In this document: in pieces, positions 18,583 through 27,424 of the stretch | How the letters are laid out: the number at the start of each line of letters is the position of its first letter | Position numbering within the stretch: the first letter of the stretch is position 1 | The notes under the pieces: model-generated | Database searches by the model: none | Told to the model about the DNA's origin: nothing | What the model saw: only the letters and a program-made list of their open reading frames with translations | Position numbers and translations under genes: made by a program | NCBI GenBank assembly: GCA_945866135.1 | Contig: CAMBGF010000002.1 | Span: 1 to 55,328, forward strand | DNA from: Bifidobacterium breve | GTDB lineage: Bacteria; Actinomycetota; Actinomycetes; S36-B12; UBA5976 | DNA: 55,328 nucleotides | Reading direction: 5' to 3'

Positions 18583-19630
18583 TTCGCTCCAGGCCCTCGC
18601 GCTCGCCAATACTTATGCGCACGCCTTCGCCTGGGAAAGGTCGAATTGCCACGGCAATTCCTTCACTTTTTGTTACGAAATCCAGCGTGCGGTCCCCTAA
18701 TGGCAACCAGACGAAATTTGCCTGACTTGCCGGTAACTCAAAACCAAGCTTGGTTAATTCACCTTCGAACCAGGTGCGCAGGGCAATAACTTGTTCGACA
18801 CGTTCAAACAATTCGCTCTCATTTTCAAGGGAGACCACCGCAGCGGTTTGCGCAATGTTTGAAACTCCAAAAGGTACCGCAGTTTTTCGCACTGCCTCTG
18901 CGATGTGTTTGGGTCCAATGAAATACCCAACTCTTAATCCTGCTAGTCCGTAAGCTTTGGAAAAAGTTCGCAGTACACCAACATTTGTGTGGGCTTTCAT
19001 AGTTGCAATTCCGTCAATGGCATTTGGGTCACAGTTAAATTCCACATACGCTTCATCAATTACAACTAAAATTTCGGTTGGCACTTGATCTAGAAATTTA
19101 TTTATCTGTTGTTGTGTGACAATTCCACCAGTTGGGTTATTAGGAGTGCAGACAAAAATTACGCGTGTCTTTGGTGTTATCGCAGCTAACATCGCCGCCA
19201 AGTCATGTTGCCCGCTGGAAGTCAGCGGGACTGCGACATTAGTCGCACCAGCAATTGTGGTAATGATTGGGTAAGCCTCGAATGATCGCCAGGCATACAT
19301 AACTTCATCACCAGCGCCGGCAATGGCTTGAATTATTTGTTGGCACACTCCCACTGATCCAGTACCAGTTGCAACTTCGTCGATGGAGACATCAAATTTT
19401 TCAGCTATCGCTTTAGTTAGTTCGCCGCAAAACGGATCAGGGTAGCGATTGATCTCTAGTGCTGCCTTAGTAATCGCAGCCAAAACACCTGGCAGCGGCG
19501 GATGCGCATTTTCATTGCTAGAAAGTTTGAAGGCTGCTAATCCATTTACGGAAGCAACTTTTTTACCTGCCTTATAGGTTGGCAGTTCGGCCATTTCTCG
19601 CCGCAGTTGTGGCTTGGGCGAATCACTCAT
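18551..19630 (-). CDS. HisC-family class II aminotransferase (histidinol-phosphate/aromatic aminotransferase, Pat-like)
   Basis: Motifs LSSNENAHPP, NPNNPTG-like (TPNNPTGG) and the PLP lysine context RTFSKAYGLAGLRVGY. No his operon nearby. Its ATG overlaps the upstream stop (ATGA). Confidence 0.85.
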   Translation of the reverse strand: MSDSPKPQLRREMAELPTYKAGKKVASVNGLAAFKLSSNENAHPPLPGVLAAITKAALEINRYPDPFCGELTKAIAEKFDVSIDEVATGTGSVGVCQQIIQAIAGAGDEVMYAWRSFEAYPIITTIAGATNVAVPLTSSGQHDLAAMLAAITPKTRVIFVCTPNNPTGGIVTQQQINKFLDQVPTEILVVIDEAYVEFNCDPNAIDGIATMKAHTNVGVLRTFSKAYGLAGLRVGYFIGPKHIAEAVRKTAVPFGVSNIAQTAAVVSLENESELFERVEQVIALRTWFEGELTKLGFELPASQANFVWLPLGDRTLDFVTKSEGIAVAIRPFPGEGVRISIGEREGLERIIEFAKDFVS

Positions 19631-20766
19631 TGTCCGAGCCTACGGGTAATCACAACAACTGATACATCGTCGCGCTGCCACGTGACGGAATCCTGGCGAG
19701 CAGTAGAAACTATTAAGTTTGTTAATTCCGTGGAATTCTGAGACTGATTTCCCGAGATCACTGATGAAACCAAGCCTTGGGTACCAAACTCTTCACCCTT
19801 GTTATCTTGGGTTTCCAGTAACCCATCGGAGGCAAGAACTATCCGATGTCCAGCGCCAAACATAAATTCTTTACTCGACCAATTACCGCCAAAGCCCCCA
19901 AGCATTGGGCCAGTTGGATTTAAGGCAGTTAACAAATAATTGTCATCAATCCAAAACCCCGCTGGATGCCCAGCATTAACCCACTGAGCTGGCAAACGTA
20001 TGTCATTTGGAATGTTGATGATTACTGCCGTGGCAAGCAGTGCGTCAACATCAGAGAGTCCAGCAGAGACTCGTTCCATAACGATCTCCGGCGAGAAACC
20101 AGCCGAAAGAGCGGCAGTCATGATCGCCTTGATCTGCAATCCCACAACGCCAGCTTCTGGGCCATGCCCTGTTACATCCACAATGGCAATGGCAAAACCT
20201 TGTGGCGTGCGAATGACATCCCACCAGTCCCCTGCAATGGCGCCGGAGGCCGGCATTGTTTGTCCAAAAATATCTAGGCCAGCACTTAGTGAATCCAGAA
20301 GTGTCGGTGAAAGAGCGTTACGCATCGAAAGTACAAGCGGTGCATCTTGTTCTAGACCTTGCCAAGCCGCGCGCGCTAAATCAATTTGGGAAACTAAATT
20401 GATTCGCATTGACTCAGCATCAGAGGCAGCCATTCTAATTTCGGGAGGATTGGCCACTTCAATTACTTGATGTATCGTGCCGCTGGCCACTAGCCGTAAC
20501 TCAGTTCGCATTTCATCTAACGGAGCAAGTACCCAGCGCTCCAAAAAAATCCATCCTAAAAATAATAAAGTCAAGCTAAGTAGCAGAGAGACACTTAAAG
20601 CTGTAGAAAGTTGGTTAGCAACTTCATCCAATTTCATATTGTTTGCAAGTGTTAGTGAAAGTTCGGATCGAGCTTGCAGGTAAACCAGGCGTTCCCAAAT
20701 TGCGGCCCCAATCAGTGTCACGGCAAAAATGACTATGGCTAATTGCAGTCGGCGGCGAAGCGTCAT
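19627..20766 (-). CDS. Membrane-bound PP2C/SpoIIE-family Ser/Thr phosphatase with HAMP-like linker
   Basis: Two N-terminal TM helices flank a short extracytoplasmic loop. A HAMP-like segment follows, then the SpoIIE-type domain (GDWWDV…IVDVTGHGPEAG…LASDGLLE). Confidence 0.8.
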   Translation of the reverse strand: MTLRRRLQLAIVIFAVTLIGAAIWERLVYLQARSELSLTLANNMKLDEVANQLSTALSVSLLLSLTLLFLGWIFLERWVLAPLDEMRTELRLVASGTIHQVIEVANPPEIRMAASDAESMRINLVSQIDLARAAWQGLEQDAPLVLSMRNALSPTLLDSLSAGLDIFGQTMPASGAIAGDWWDVIRTPQGFAIAIVDVTGHGPEAGVVGLQIKAIMTAALSAGFSPEIVMERVSAGLSDVDALLATAVIINIPNDIRLPAQWVNAGHPAGFWIDDNYLLTALNPTGPMLGGFGGNWSSKEFMFGAGHRIVLASDGLLETQDNKGEEFGTQGLVSSVISGNQSQNSTELTNLIVSTARQDSVTWQRDDVSVVVITRRLGQ

Positions 20767-20790
20767 ATCTAAAAGTGTAGAGGCTTGTTA

Positions 20791-22164
20791 TCAGGCTTGA
20801 ACAAGTTCGCTTAACGCTTGTCGAAATAGCGAAGAGTGTAAGTCCACCTGCTCTTGCGAAGTAGTTGGGCACATTAATGCCATGTTATGAAACGGTGTCA
20901 TTAAAACTCCCCGGTTACACATAAACAAATGCATAAACTCATCCAACTCGTCATCGCCCGCGTGCATAGCTTGCGTTCCAGTGTTTGGCGCCGGGTAGGT
21001 GAAGCGGTATTCGGCCCGCGCACCTAATTGCGAAATTGACCACGGCACATCGTATTCATCAAGTGCCGCATTTACTTGATCGGTATAGCTGGTGGCAAGT
21101 TGAATCATGTGTTCAAATGCCTGTTCCGTTAAAACTTCACCCAGTGTTGCTCGCATTGCTGCAAGTGACAATGCGTTTCCGGCAAGTGTTCCGCCGATGC
21201 CACCGACATCAAGTAAGTCTGCTTCAGTGTGGGAATTAATTAGATCTACAACATTTTGGGTAAAACCATATGCGCCAGATGGAATACCTGCGCCGATACT
21301 TTTACCGATGATGAAAATATCGGGATCCAATTTGTCGCGTAAAGTCATGCCACCATAGCCAGCTGAGATGGTGTGGGTTTCATCGATCATCAAAAGTGCG
21401 CCGTACTTTGTAGCAAGTTCGCGCATACCCTTGAGATAACCCGGTTCCGGCAAAACGATCCCGATATTTGTAAGCGCTGGCTCTGTCAAAATGGCAGCTA
21501 CGTCGCCGTGTTTTAATGCAGCTTCCAGCGCAGGTAAGTCATTGAACTCGACGACTCGAGTAGTTTGCTCAATTGGAACAGGTGGCGCCACATTGCCCGG
21601 TCTTGAAACGGTATTGCCGTTAGCGTCCAGAACTCCAAAGGTTTCATCTACTGATCCGTGATAGCAATATGAGAAAACTAGAATTTTGCTTTTGCCTGTT
21701 GCAAGTCTGGCAAGACGAATTGCCCATCTGTTGGAGTCAGTTGCCGAAACTGTAAAAGACCAAAGTGGCACGCCAAATCGTCTCGTCAGCTCTGCCCCGA
21801 CCCACTGCGCATCTTCGGTAGGCATCATGGTTGTGATGCCGCCAAGATCTTGGATCCGATCAATGATTGCTTTGATGCTGGCATCCGGTGAGTGTCCAGT
21901 CATCGCTGCCGTGTCACCTAGGGCAAAATCAATGTACTCATGGCCGTCAACATCGGTAATGATGTTTCCTTTTGCGCCTTGCAAGTACAGCGGAAAACCA
22001 CCGACCCATTTGTTCATCCATGGCATTGGTACGCCGCCAAACAAATTTTTCGCGCCGTTATAAAGATCCAAAGATTTCTGATTGCGATCGCGATATGTCT
22101 CACGCTCGCGTTCTAGCAAGTTGGCTAAATTAATGCGATCTATTTGGGTCGATCTGTTGGACAT
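20791..22164 (-). CDS. Class III PLP-dependent aminotransferase (glutamate-1-semialdehyde aminomutase-like family)
   Basis: 457 aa. Motifs DFALGDTAAMTGH, LLMIDETHT and the lysine context FIIGKSIGAGIP. Substrate unknown. Confidence 0.85.
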   Translation of the reverse strand: MSNRSTQIDRINLANLLERERETYRDRNQKSLDLYNGAKNLFGGVPMPWMNKWVGGFPLYLQGAKGNIITDVDGHEYIDFALGDTAAMTGHSPDASIKAIIDRIQDLGGITTMMPTEDAQWVGAELTRRFGVPLWSFTVSATDSNRWAIRLARLATGKSKILVFSYCYHGSVDETFGVLDANGNTVSRPGNVAPPVPIEQTTRVVEFNDLPALEAALKHGDVAAILTEPALTNIGIVLPEPGYLKGMRELATKYGALLMIDETHTISAGYGGMTLRDKLDPDIFIIGKSIGAGIPSGAYGFTQNVVDLINSHTEADLLDVGGIGGTLAGNALSLAAMRATLGEVLTEQAFEHMIQLATSYTDQVNAALDEYDVPWSISQLGARAEYRFTYPAPNTGTQAMHAGDDELDEFMHLFMCNRGVLMTPFHNMALMCPTTSQEQVDLHSSLFRQALSELVQA

Positions 22165-22196
22165 GATCCGCTTCTTTCAAAGACAAGAAATATAAT

Positions 22197-23552
22197 TTAC
22201 GAAGTAGCCATGTCAACAAAACGACTGTAATGGCCTTGGAATGCAACGGTAACAGTTCCAGTTGGACCATTTCGGTGCTTAGCCAAAATAAAATCTGCTT
22301 CGCCGGCGCGTGGTGACTCGCGTTCGTAAACATCCTCACGATGTAACAAAATCACCATGTCGGCATCTTGTTCCAGCGACCCGGATTCACGCAAGTCCGA
22401 AAGCATCGGGCGCTTATCTTGGCGCTGCTCTGGACCACGATTCAACTGGCTAATTGCTATAACTGGAATTGCAAGTTCCTTTGCTAATAATTTAAGTGAG
22501 CGAGAAAACTCAGAAACTTCAACTTGGCGACTTTCAACTTTTTTGCCAGAGGACATGAGTTGTAAATAATCGATGATAAGGATCTTTAAATCAAAGCGCT
22601 GCTTTAGTCGACGCGCTTTTGCGCGGATTTCCATCATTGTCATATTTGGCGAATCATCGATAAACAATGGTGCATCATTTACTTGCCCCATTTTGTTTGC
22701 AAGTCTTCCCCAATCAGCTTCACTGAGTGTGCCAGCGCGCATGTGGTTCAACCCAACTTGAGCCTCAGCCGATAGCAGCCGCATCACAATTTCGTTGCGA
22801 CTCATTTCAAGTGAAAAAATTGCGGAAGTTAAATTATGTTTAATGCTTGCCGAACGTGCAAGATCTAGCCCAAGCGTTGATTTACCAATAGCCGGGCGCG
22901 CGGCAACAATAACTAATTGGCCAGCATGAAGTCCGTGTGTAATATCATCAAGTTGTTGGAAGCCAGTTGGCACTCCAACTAGTCGGCCACCGCGACCTTC
23001 AATAGCTTCAATTTCGGAAAGTGTGTGCGGCATGATTTCTGAAAGTGGCGCATAATCTTCTGAAGTGCGTCGGCCCGTCACGTCGTAAACTTCAGCTTGC
23101 GCGCGATCAACAAGTTGATCAACTTCCGCATCTCCGGCATAACCCATCTGCGCAATCCGTGTGCCGGCGTCAACTAAGCGTCGCAAAATTGCGCGCTCAG
23201 TAACAATGCGCGCGTAATAGGAACCGTTTGCCGCCGTTGGAACGCTGGCAACAAGTGTGTGTAAGTAGCCGGCGCCACCAACATTTCCAAGTGCGCTGGC
23301 CTTGCTCAAATAGTTGGCTACGGTGATTGCATCTGCGGGTTCGCCGCGGCCGTAAATATCTAAAATGGCTCCGTATATCGTGGCATGCGCTGGCTTATAG
23401 AAATCAATTTCGCGCAGAGTTTCAATAACCTCGGCAATTGCATCTTTACTGAGCAGCATCGCGCCGAGCACACTTTGCTCAGCAACTATGTCCTGGGGTG
23501 GGGTGAGCGCGCCTTCTTCTTCGTAATTGCGGGGAAATTCCGCGACGCTCAT
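22197..23552 (-). CDS. dnaB: Replicative DNA helicase DnaB
   Basis: Walker A ARPAIGKSTLGLD, and DYLQLM and SQLNR motifs. At 451 aa there is no intein. The ATG at 23552 is preceded by AAAGGTGG. The 51-codon extension in the track lacks an RBS. Confidence 0.95.
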   Translation of the reverse strand: MSVAEFPRNYEEEGALTPPQDIVAEQSVLGAMLLSKDAIAEVIETLREIDFYKPAHATIYGAILDIYGRGEPADAITVANYLSKASALGNVGGAGYLHTLVASVPTAANGSYYARIVTERAILRRLVDAGTRIAQMGYAGDAEVDQLVDRAQAEVYDVTGRRTSEDYAPLSEIMPHTLSEIEAIEGRGGRLVGVPTGFQQLDDITHGLHAGQLVIVAARPAIGKSTLGLDLARSASIKHNLTSAIFSLEMSRNEIVMRLLSAEAQVGLNHMRAGTLSEADWGRLANKMGQVNDAPLFIDDSPNMTMMEIRAKARRLKQRFDLKILIIDYLQLMSSGKKVESRQVEVSEFSRSLKLLAKELAIPVIAISQLNRGPEQRQDKRPMLSDLRESGSLEQDADMVILLHREDVYERESPRAGEADFILAKHRNGPTGTVTVAFQGHYSRFVDMATS

Positions 23553-23890
23553 GTGTCCACCTTTAGCTACTTTTTTCTGAGTTATCTTTACGCGATTTGC
23601 CTGGTTGAGTGGAAATTCGCATTTTCCCTGAGTTAACAGTTGTTCTTGACTATATGGCGAGGTCCTGACAGAAACAATGTCCCCTGTGGATAACTTAGTG
23701 GACAATATGGGGAAAACCGCCGAATCAATGGGTATTTCACTGGGGATATCTTGTGGGTTCTGCTTTATTTTGGTGCTAAATACTGCCTTTTATCAGGGTT
23801 TTTGTTGTCCCCTGGCTGTGTGCAGAAAGTATTTTCAAACTTTTTTTCGCGACTGAGCAATCTCGGATTTTGCCAGCTCAAATCATCCGA

Positions 23891-23935
23891 AAAACTAAAA
23901 AATAAAAGTGGAGGTAAATCTTTCTACCTCCACTT
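23891..23935 (-). terminator. Rho-independent terminator after tRNA-Ala
   Basis: Stem AAGTGGAGGTA/TACCTCCACTT (23906-23916 and 23925-23935) with an 8-nt loop. On the minus strand it is followed by TTTTATTTTTTAGTTTT. Confidence 0.65.
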
Positions 23936-23940
23936 AGTTG

Positions 23941-24013
23941 TGGAGAATAGGGGACTCGAACCCCTAACCCCTGCCTTGCAAAGGCAGTGCTCTACCAATT
24001 GAGCTAATTCCCC
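23941..24013 (-). tRNA. tRNA-Ala (anticodon TGC)
   Basis: Reverse complement GGGGAATTAGCTCAATTGGTAGAGC…. It has the G3:U70 identity pair and anticodon loop TTTGCAA on stem CTGCC/GGCAG. The T arm is AGGGG-TTCGAGT-CCCCT. Confidence 0.95.
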
Positions 24014-24039
24014 GGTGCGCTTAAACAGTAAAACAAAAT

Positions 24040-24153
24040 CTACTCTGAAGTAGCCTGTGTCCACAATTCTTGCTCGGCCTTGCTGCTTTCATTTTGTTGG
24101 TAGATCACGTAACCAGCCACTGCCAACAATGCTAACGAAAGTAATTTCTTCAT
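24040..24153 (-). CDS. DLW-39-like small membrane protein (37 aa)
   Basis: Below the track cutoff. My translation is MKKLLSLALLAVAGYVIYQQNESSKAEQELWTQATSE. It has an N-terminal TM helix plus an (D/E)LW motif. Its position between tRNA-Ile and tRNA-Ala downstream of gyrA matches the actinobacterial DLW-39 family. Confidence 0.65.
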   Translation of the reverse strand: MKKLLSLALLAVAGYVIYQQNESSKAEQELWTQATSE

Positions 24154-24190
24154 TACGAATCCTTTCCACCCTCTTGTTTTCCATCTTGCG

Positions 24191-24265
24191 TGGGCCCAGG
24201 TGGACTTGAACCACCGACCTCTTCGTTATCAGCGAAGCGCTCTAACCAAGCTGAGCTATAGGCCC
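24191..24265 (-). tRNA. tRNA-Ile (anticodon GAT)
   Basis: Reverse complement GGGCCTATAGCTCAGCTTGGTTAGAGC…. The anticodon loop is CTGATAA on stem CTTCG/CGAAG, and the T arm is GGTGG-TTCAAGT-CCACC. Confidence 0.95.
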
Positions 24266-24355
24266 CAATTTTGTTGCATTTTGCGTTCTTTTGCACCTAA
24301 CTAACGGCACAAGTTAAGAGGTTACCCCAAAGCTGGCTATGACCCAAAATGCCCG

Positions 24356-24862
24356 TTACTGACTGCGGTCGGTGAGCGTCCATTCCCGCCCGCCAGTGAA
24401 TCCAACACTGAGGTTGTAAAGCACCGCATACAAAGCAGAAAGCACGCTGAGTAACACTATTTCAATAGCTGAAATCACCATAGTTAAACCAATTAAGCGC
24501 CCCAGTGAAAGAAAACTTACACTGGCGCCATCGCTGCCAGCCGCGTCATTCCAAAGTCCAGATACAGCTTCAAAGACTCCAGCAGCCGAAAGCGCTCCCC
24601 ACAGCACAATTACCGCAACGAGCAAAACTCCGGCAATAGTTACCCCAAGCATGAATGCACTTTTGGCAGCTGACCAAGGATCAATGTGAGTCAGATGCAG
24701 ACGCACAGACCTCGAGCTTGTTGCTTGGCCAGATGTAATTGGCATCTCTTGGGCTGAGAACGTGCCGGCTGATTCTTGCGAGCTTTTTCCTTTGAGCGGA
24801 TTTGCAAAATAGTGGCGCTTAGTTGGCTGGTCATCGTTGGATCCGAAATCTTCTTCAGACAT
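24356..24862 (-). CDS. DUF3566-like membrane protein (Rv0007 position)
   Basis: Disordered N-terminus followed by TM helices. It lies immediately downstream of gyrA with zero spacing, the conserved actinobacterial arrangement. Confidence 0.75.
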   Translation of the reverse strand: MSEEDFGSNDDQPTKRHYFANPLKGKSSQESAGTFSAQEMPITSGQATSSRSVRLHLTHIDPWSAAKSAFMLGVTIAGVLLVAVIVLWGALSAAGVFEAVSGLWNDAAGSDGASVSFLSLGRLIGLTMVISAIEIVLLSVLSALYAVLYNLSVGFTGGREWTLTDRSQ

Positions 24863-27424
24863 TTAAACCTCTTCCTCTTGCGTCAATGCATCTGCTGCTG
24901 CGTCTAGGTTTAGATCTTGTTCTGCAACATTAACTGGGATTTCTACATTTTCCAGCGCCGCCATTGCAGCAGCCGTGCTGCGCGCTACTGCAACAACCTG
25001 ATCATCATCGCCAACTTTCATAAACGAAACGCCCATGGTGTCGCGGCCAGCTGCGCGGATCTCATCCACACGGGTGCGGATCACAACGCCATTGCTGGCA
25101 ATCGCAAAAATTTCATCTTCCGCTGCGCAAATTAGGGCGCCCGCTAGGCCGCCACGTTTTTCAACTAAGCGCATAGCGCGTACGCCCTGGGTGCCACGGC
25201 CCTTTGCATTCCATTCTTCAATCGAAGTCCGCTTAGCCCAGCCACCTTCAGTAACAGTAACTACGAATGAATCAGGTGTGGCCACTTCCATTTTTAACAG
25301 GTAATCATCATTGGTTTTAAATCGAATTCCAATTACACCGCCTGCGGTTCTACCCATAGGGCGAAGTGTCGCATCGTCAGCGTGACAGCGTACTGAGTAG
25401 CCCATCTTGGAAACCAACAGCAAGTCATCTTCGTCGTTAACCAGTTGGGCAGAAACCACACCATCTTCATCACGAAGTGTGATTGCAACTAAACCAGTGC
25501 TACGCGAGGAGTCGTAGTCAATTAAGCGCGACTTTTTAACAACACCACTTCGTGTTGCAAGAATCAAATACTTTGCTTGCTCGTAATCTCTTAGATCCAG
25601 AACTTCAACTACGTGCTCTTCAGGAGCGAGTGAAAGTAAGTTCGCAACATGTTGCCCGCGTGCATCGCGACCAGTATCCGTTAATTCATATGCCTTGACG
25701 CGGAACACTCGACCACGGTCGGTAAAGAACAAAATCCAGTGATGTGTTGTAGTTACAAAGAAGTTTGTGATGACATCGTCTTGCTTGAGCGCTGCGCCCT
25801 TTACGCCACGGCCACCACGTTTTTGGGAACGATACAACGCCGCTTTAGTTCGCTTGATGTAGCCATCAGCGGATAGCGTAACCACGATCGGTTCGATCGC
25901 AATTAAATCTTCATGTGTTACATCATTTTCATCCGCCACAATTGTGGTGCGTCGCTCGTCACCAAACTTGTTTACGATTTCTGCAAGCTCTTCACTTACT
26001 ATGCTGCGCTGGCGGGTTTCATTAGCCAAAATATCTTGGTAATCCGCAATCTCTGCCATCAGTTTGTCGTGTTGTGATTGCAGTTCGTTTCGTTCCAGGG
26101 CGGCTAATTTACGTAGCTGCATATCCAAAATGGCTTGCGCTTGGATTTCGTCGATGTCCAAAAGTTTTATTAAGCCAGCTTGCGCTACTGAGGCAGATTC
26201 AGAGGCTCGAATTAATGCAATCACTTCATCAATGCGGTCGATTGCCTTTAACAGACCGATCAGAATATGAACGCGCTCTTGCGCAATTCGCAGGCGATAG
26301 GCAGTGCGTCGCTGAATTACTTCAACTTGATGCGCGATCCAATTAAGTACAAATGCATCAAGGGTTAGCGTACGCGGCACACTATCAACAAGTGCCAGCA
26401 TATTTGCGCCAAAGTTATCTTGCAGTTGCGTGAACTTGAACAAGTTGTTGAGTACAACCTTTGGCACAGCGTCGCGTTTAAGCACCACGACGATTCGCAT
26501 ACCGGTGCGTGATGAACTTTCATCAATTAAATCCGCGATGCCTGTGACTTTTCCTTGCTCAACAAGTTCGGCGATGCGCTCCAGCAAGTTGTCTGGGTTT
26601 ACTTGGTAAGGCAATTGCGTTATTACGATGATCGTGCGGCCGCGCTTATCTTCGGTTATTTCAGTAACGGCTCGCATCGTAATTGAACCGCGGCCAGTTC
26701 GATATGCATCTTGAATTCCCCGGCGGCCAACAATTTGACCACCCGTTGGAAAATCTGGACCTGTGATGCGCTCCAATAAAGCTTCCAGGAGTTCATCGCG
26801 AGTGGCATCTGGATGCTCAAGCGACCACTGCACACCAGCTGCAACCTCGGTTAAATTGTGTGGCGGGATGTTGGTTGCCATGCCTACGGCAATACCGGAT
26901 GAACCGTTAACTAATAAGTTCGGAAAGCGAGCCGGCAAAACTGTTGGCTCAAGATTTTTGCCATCGTAGTTAGGAACAAAATTGACGGTGTCCTGATCAA
27001 TGTCGCGCACCATTTCCATGGCGAGTGCGGCCATGCGGCATTCGGTGTAACGCGAAGCAGCCGCAGAATCATTGCCTGGGGAACCAAAATTTCCTTGGCC
27101 TTGAACTAGTGGGTAACGAAGTGACCAGGATTGAGTTAGTCGCACTAAAGTGTCGTAAATTGCACTGTCACCATGCGGGTGATATTGACCCATGACTTCG
27201 CCGACTACGCGCGCGCTTTTATTAAATGCCCGATCTGGTCGGTAGCCACCGTCATACATTGCGTAAATAACTCGGCGATGCACTGGCTTCAAACCATCAC
27301 GAACATCTGGCAACGCCCGCGAAACAATAACGCTCATTGCATAGTCAAGATACGACCGCTGCATTTCCACATTAAGGTCGACAATTTCGACTTGATCGTA
27401 AGTTGCGCCGTTGATATCAGTCAT
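24863..27424 (-). CDS. gyrA: DNA gyrase subunit A
   Basis: Motifs [16 protein letters not shown] and AASRYTE (catalytic Tyr region), plus C-terminal beta-pinwheel repeats. 853 aa. Confidence 0.97.
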   Translation of the reverse strand: MTDINGATYDQVEIVDLNVEMQRSYLDYAMSVIVSRALPDVRDGLKPVHRRVIYAMYDGGYRPDRAFNKSARVVGEVMGQYHPHGDSAIYDTLVRLTQSWSLRYPLVQGQGNFGSPGNDSAAASRYTECRMAALAMEMVRDIDQDTVNFVPNYDGKNLEPTVLPARFPNLLVNGSSGIAVGMATNIPPHNLTEVAAGVQWSLEHPDATRDELLEALLERITGPDFPTGGQIVGRRGIQDAYRTGRGSITMRAVTEITEDKRGRTIIVITQLPYQVNPDNLLERIAELVEQGKVTGIADLIDESSSRTGMRIVVVLKRDAVPKVVLNNLFKFTQLQDNFGANMLALVDSVPRTLTLDAFVLNWIAHQVEVIQRRTAYRLRIAQERVHILIGLLKAIDRIDEVIALIRASESASVAQAGLIKLLDIDEIQAQAILDMQLRKLAALERNELQSQHDKLMAEIADYQDILANETRQRSIVSEELAEIVNKFGDERRTTIVADENDVTHEDLIAIEPIVVTLSADGYIKRTKAALYRSQKRGGRGVKGAALKQDDVITNFFVTTTHHWILFFTDRGRVFRVKAYELTDTGRDARGQHVANLLSLAPEEHVVEVLDLRDYEQAKYLILATRSGVVKKSRLIDYDSSRSTGLVAITLRDEDGVVSAQLVNDEDDLLLVSKMGYSVRCHADDATLRPMGRTAGGVIGIRFKTNDDYLLKMEVATPDSFVVTVTEGGWAKRTSIEEWNAKGRGTQGVRAMRLVEKRGGLAGALICAAEDEIFAIASNGVVIRTRVDEIRAAGRDTMGVSFMKVGDDDQVVAVARSTAAAMAALENVEIPVNVAEQDLNLDAAADALTQEEEV

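Noticed and set aside
22197-23705. Possibility that DnaB carries an N-terminal extension or an intein.
   Set aside because: The extension has no RBS, while the ATG at 23552 has AAAGGTGG. The resulting 451-aa protein is canonical DnaB length with contiguous helicase motifs, so there is no room for an intein.
23751-24002. 83-aa plus-strand ORF in the dnaB-tRNA spacer.
   Set aside because: It reads through the terminator hairpin and most of tRNA-Ala on the opposite strand. It has no RBS and a Cys/Phe/Leu-rich nonsense-like sequence.
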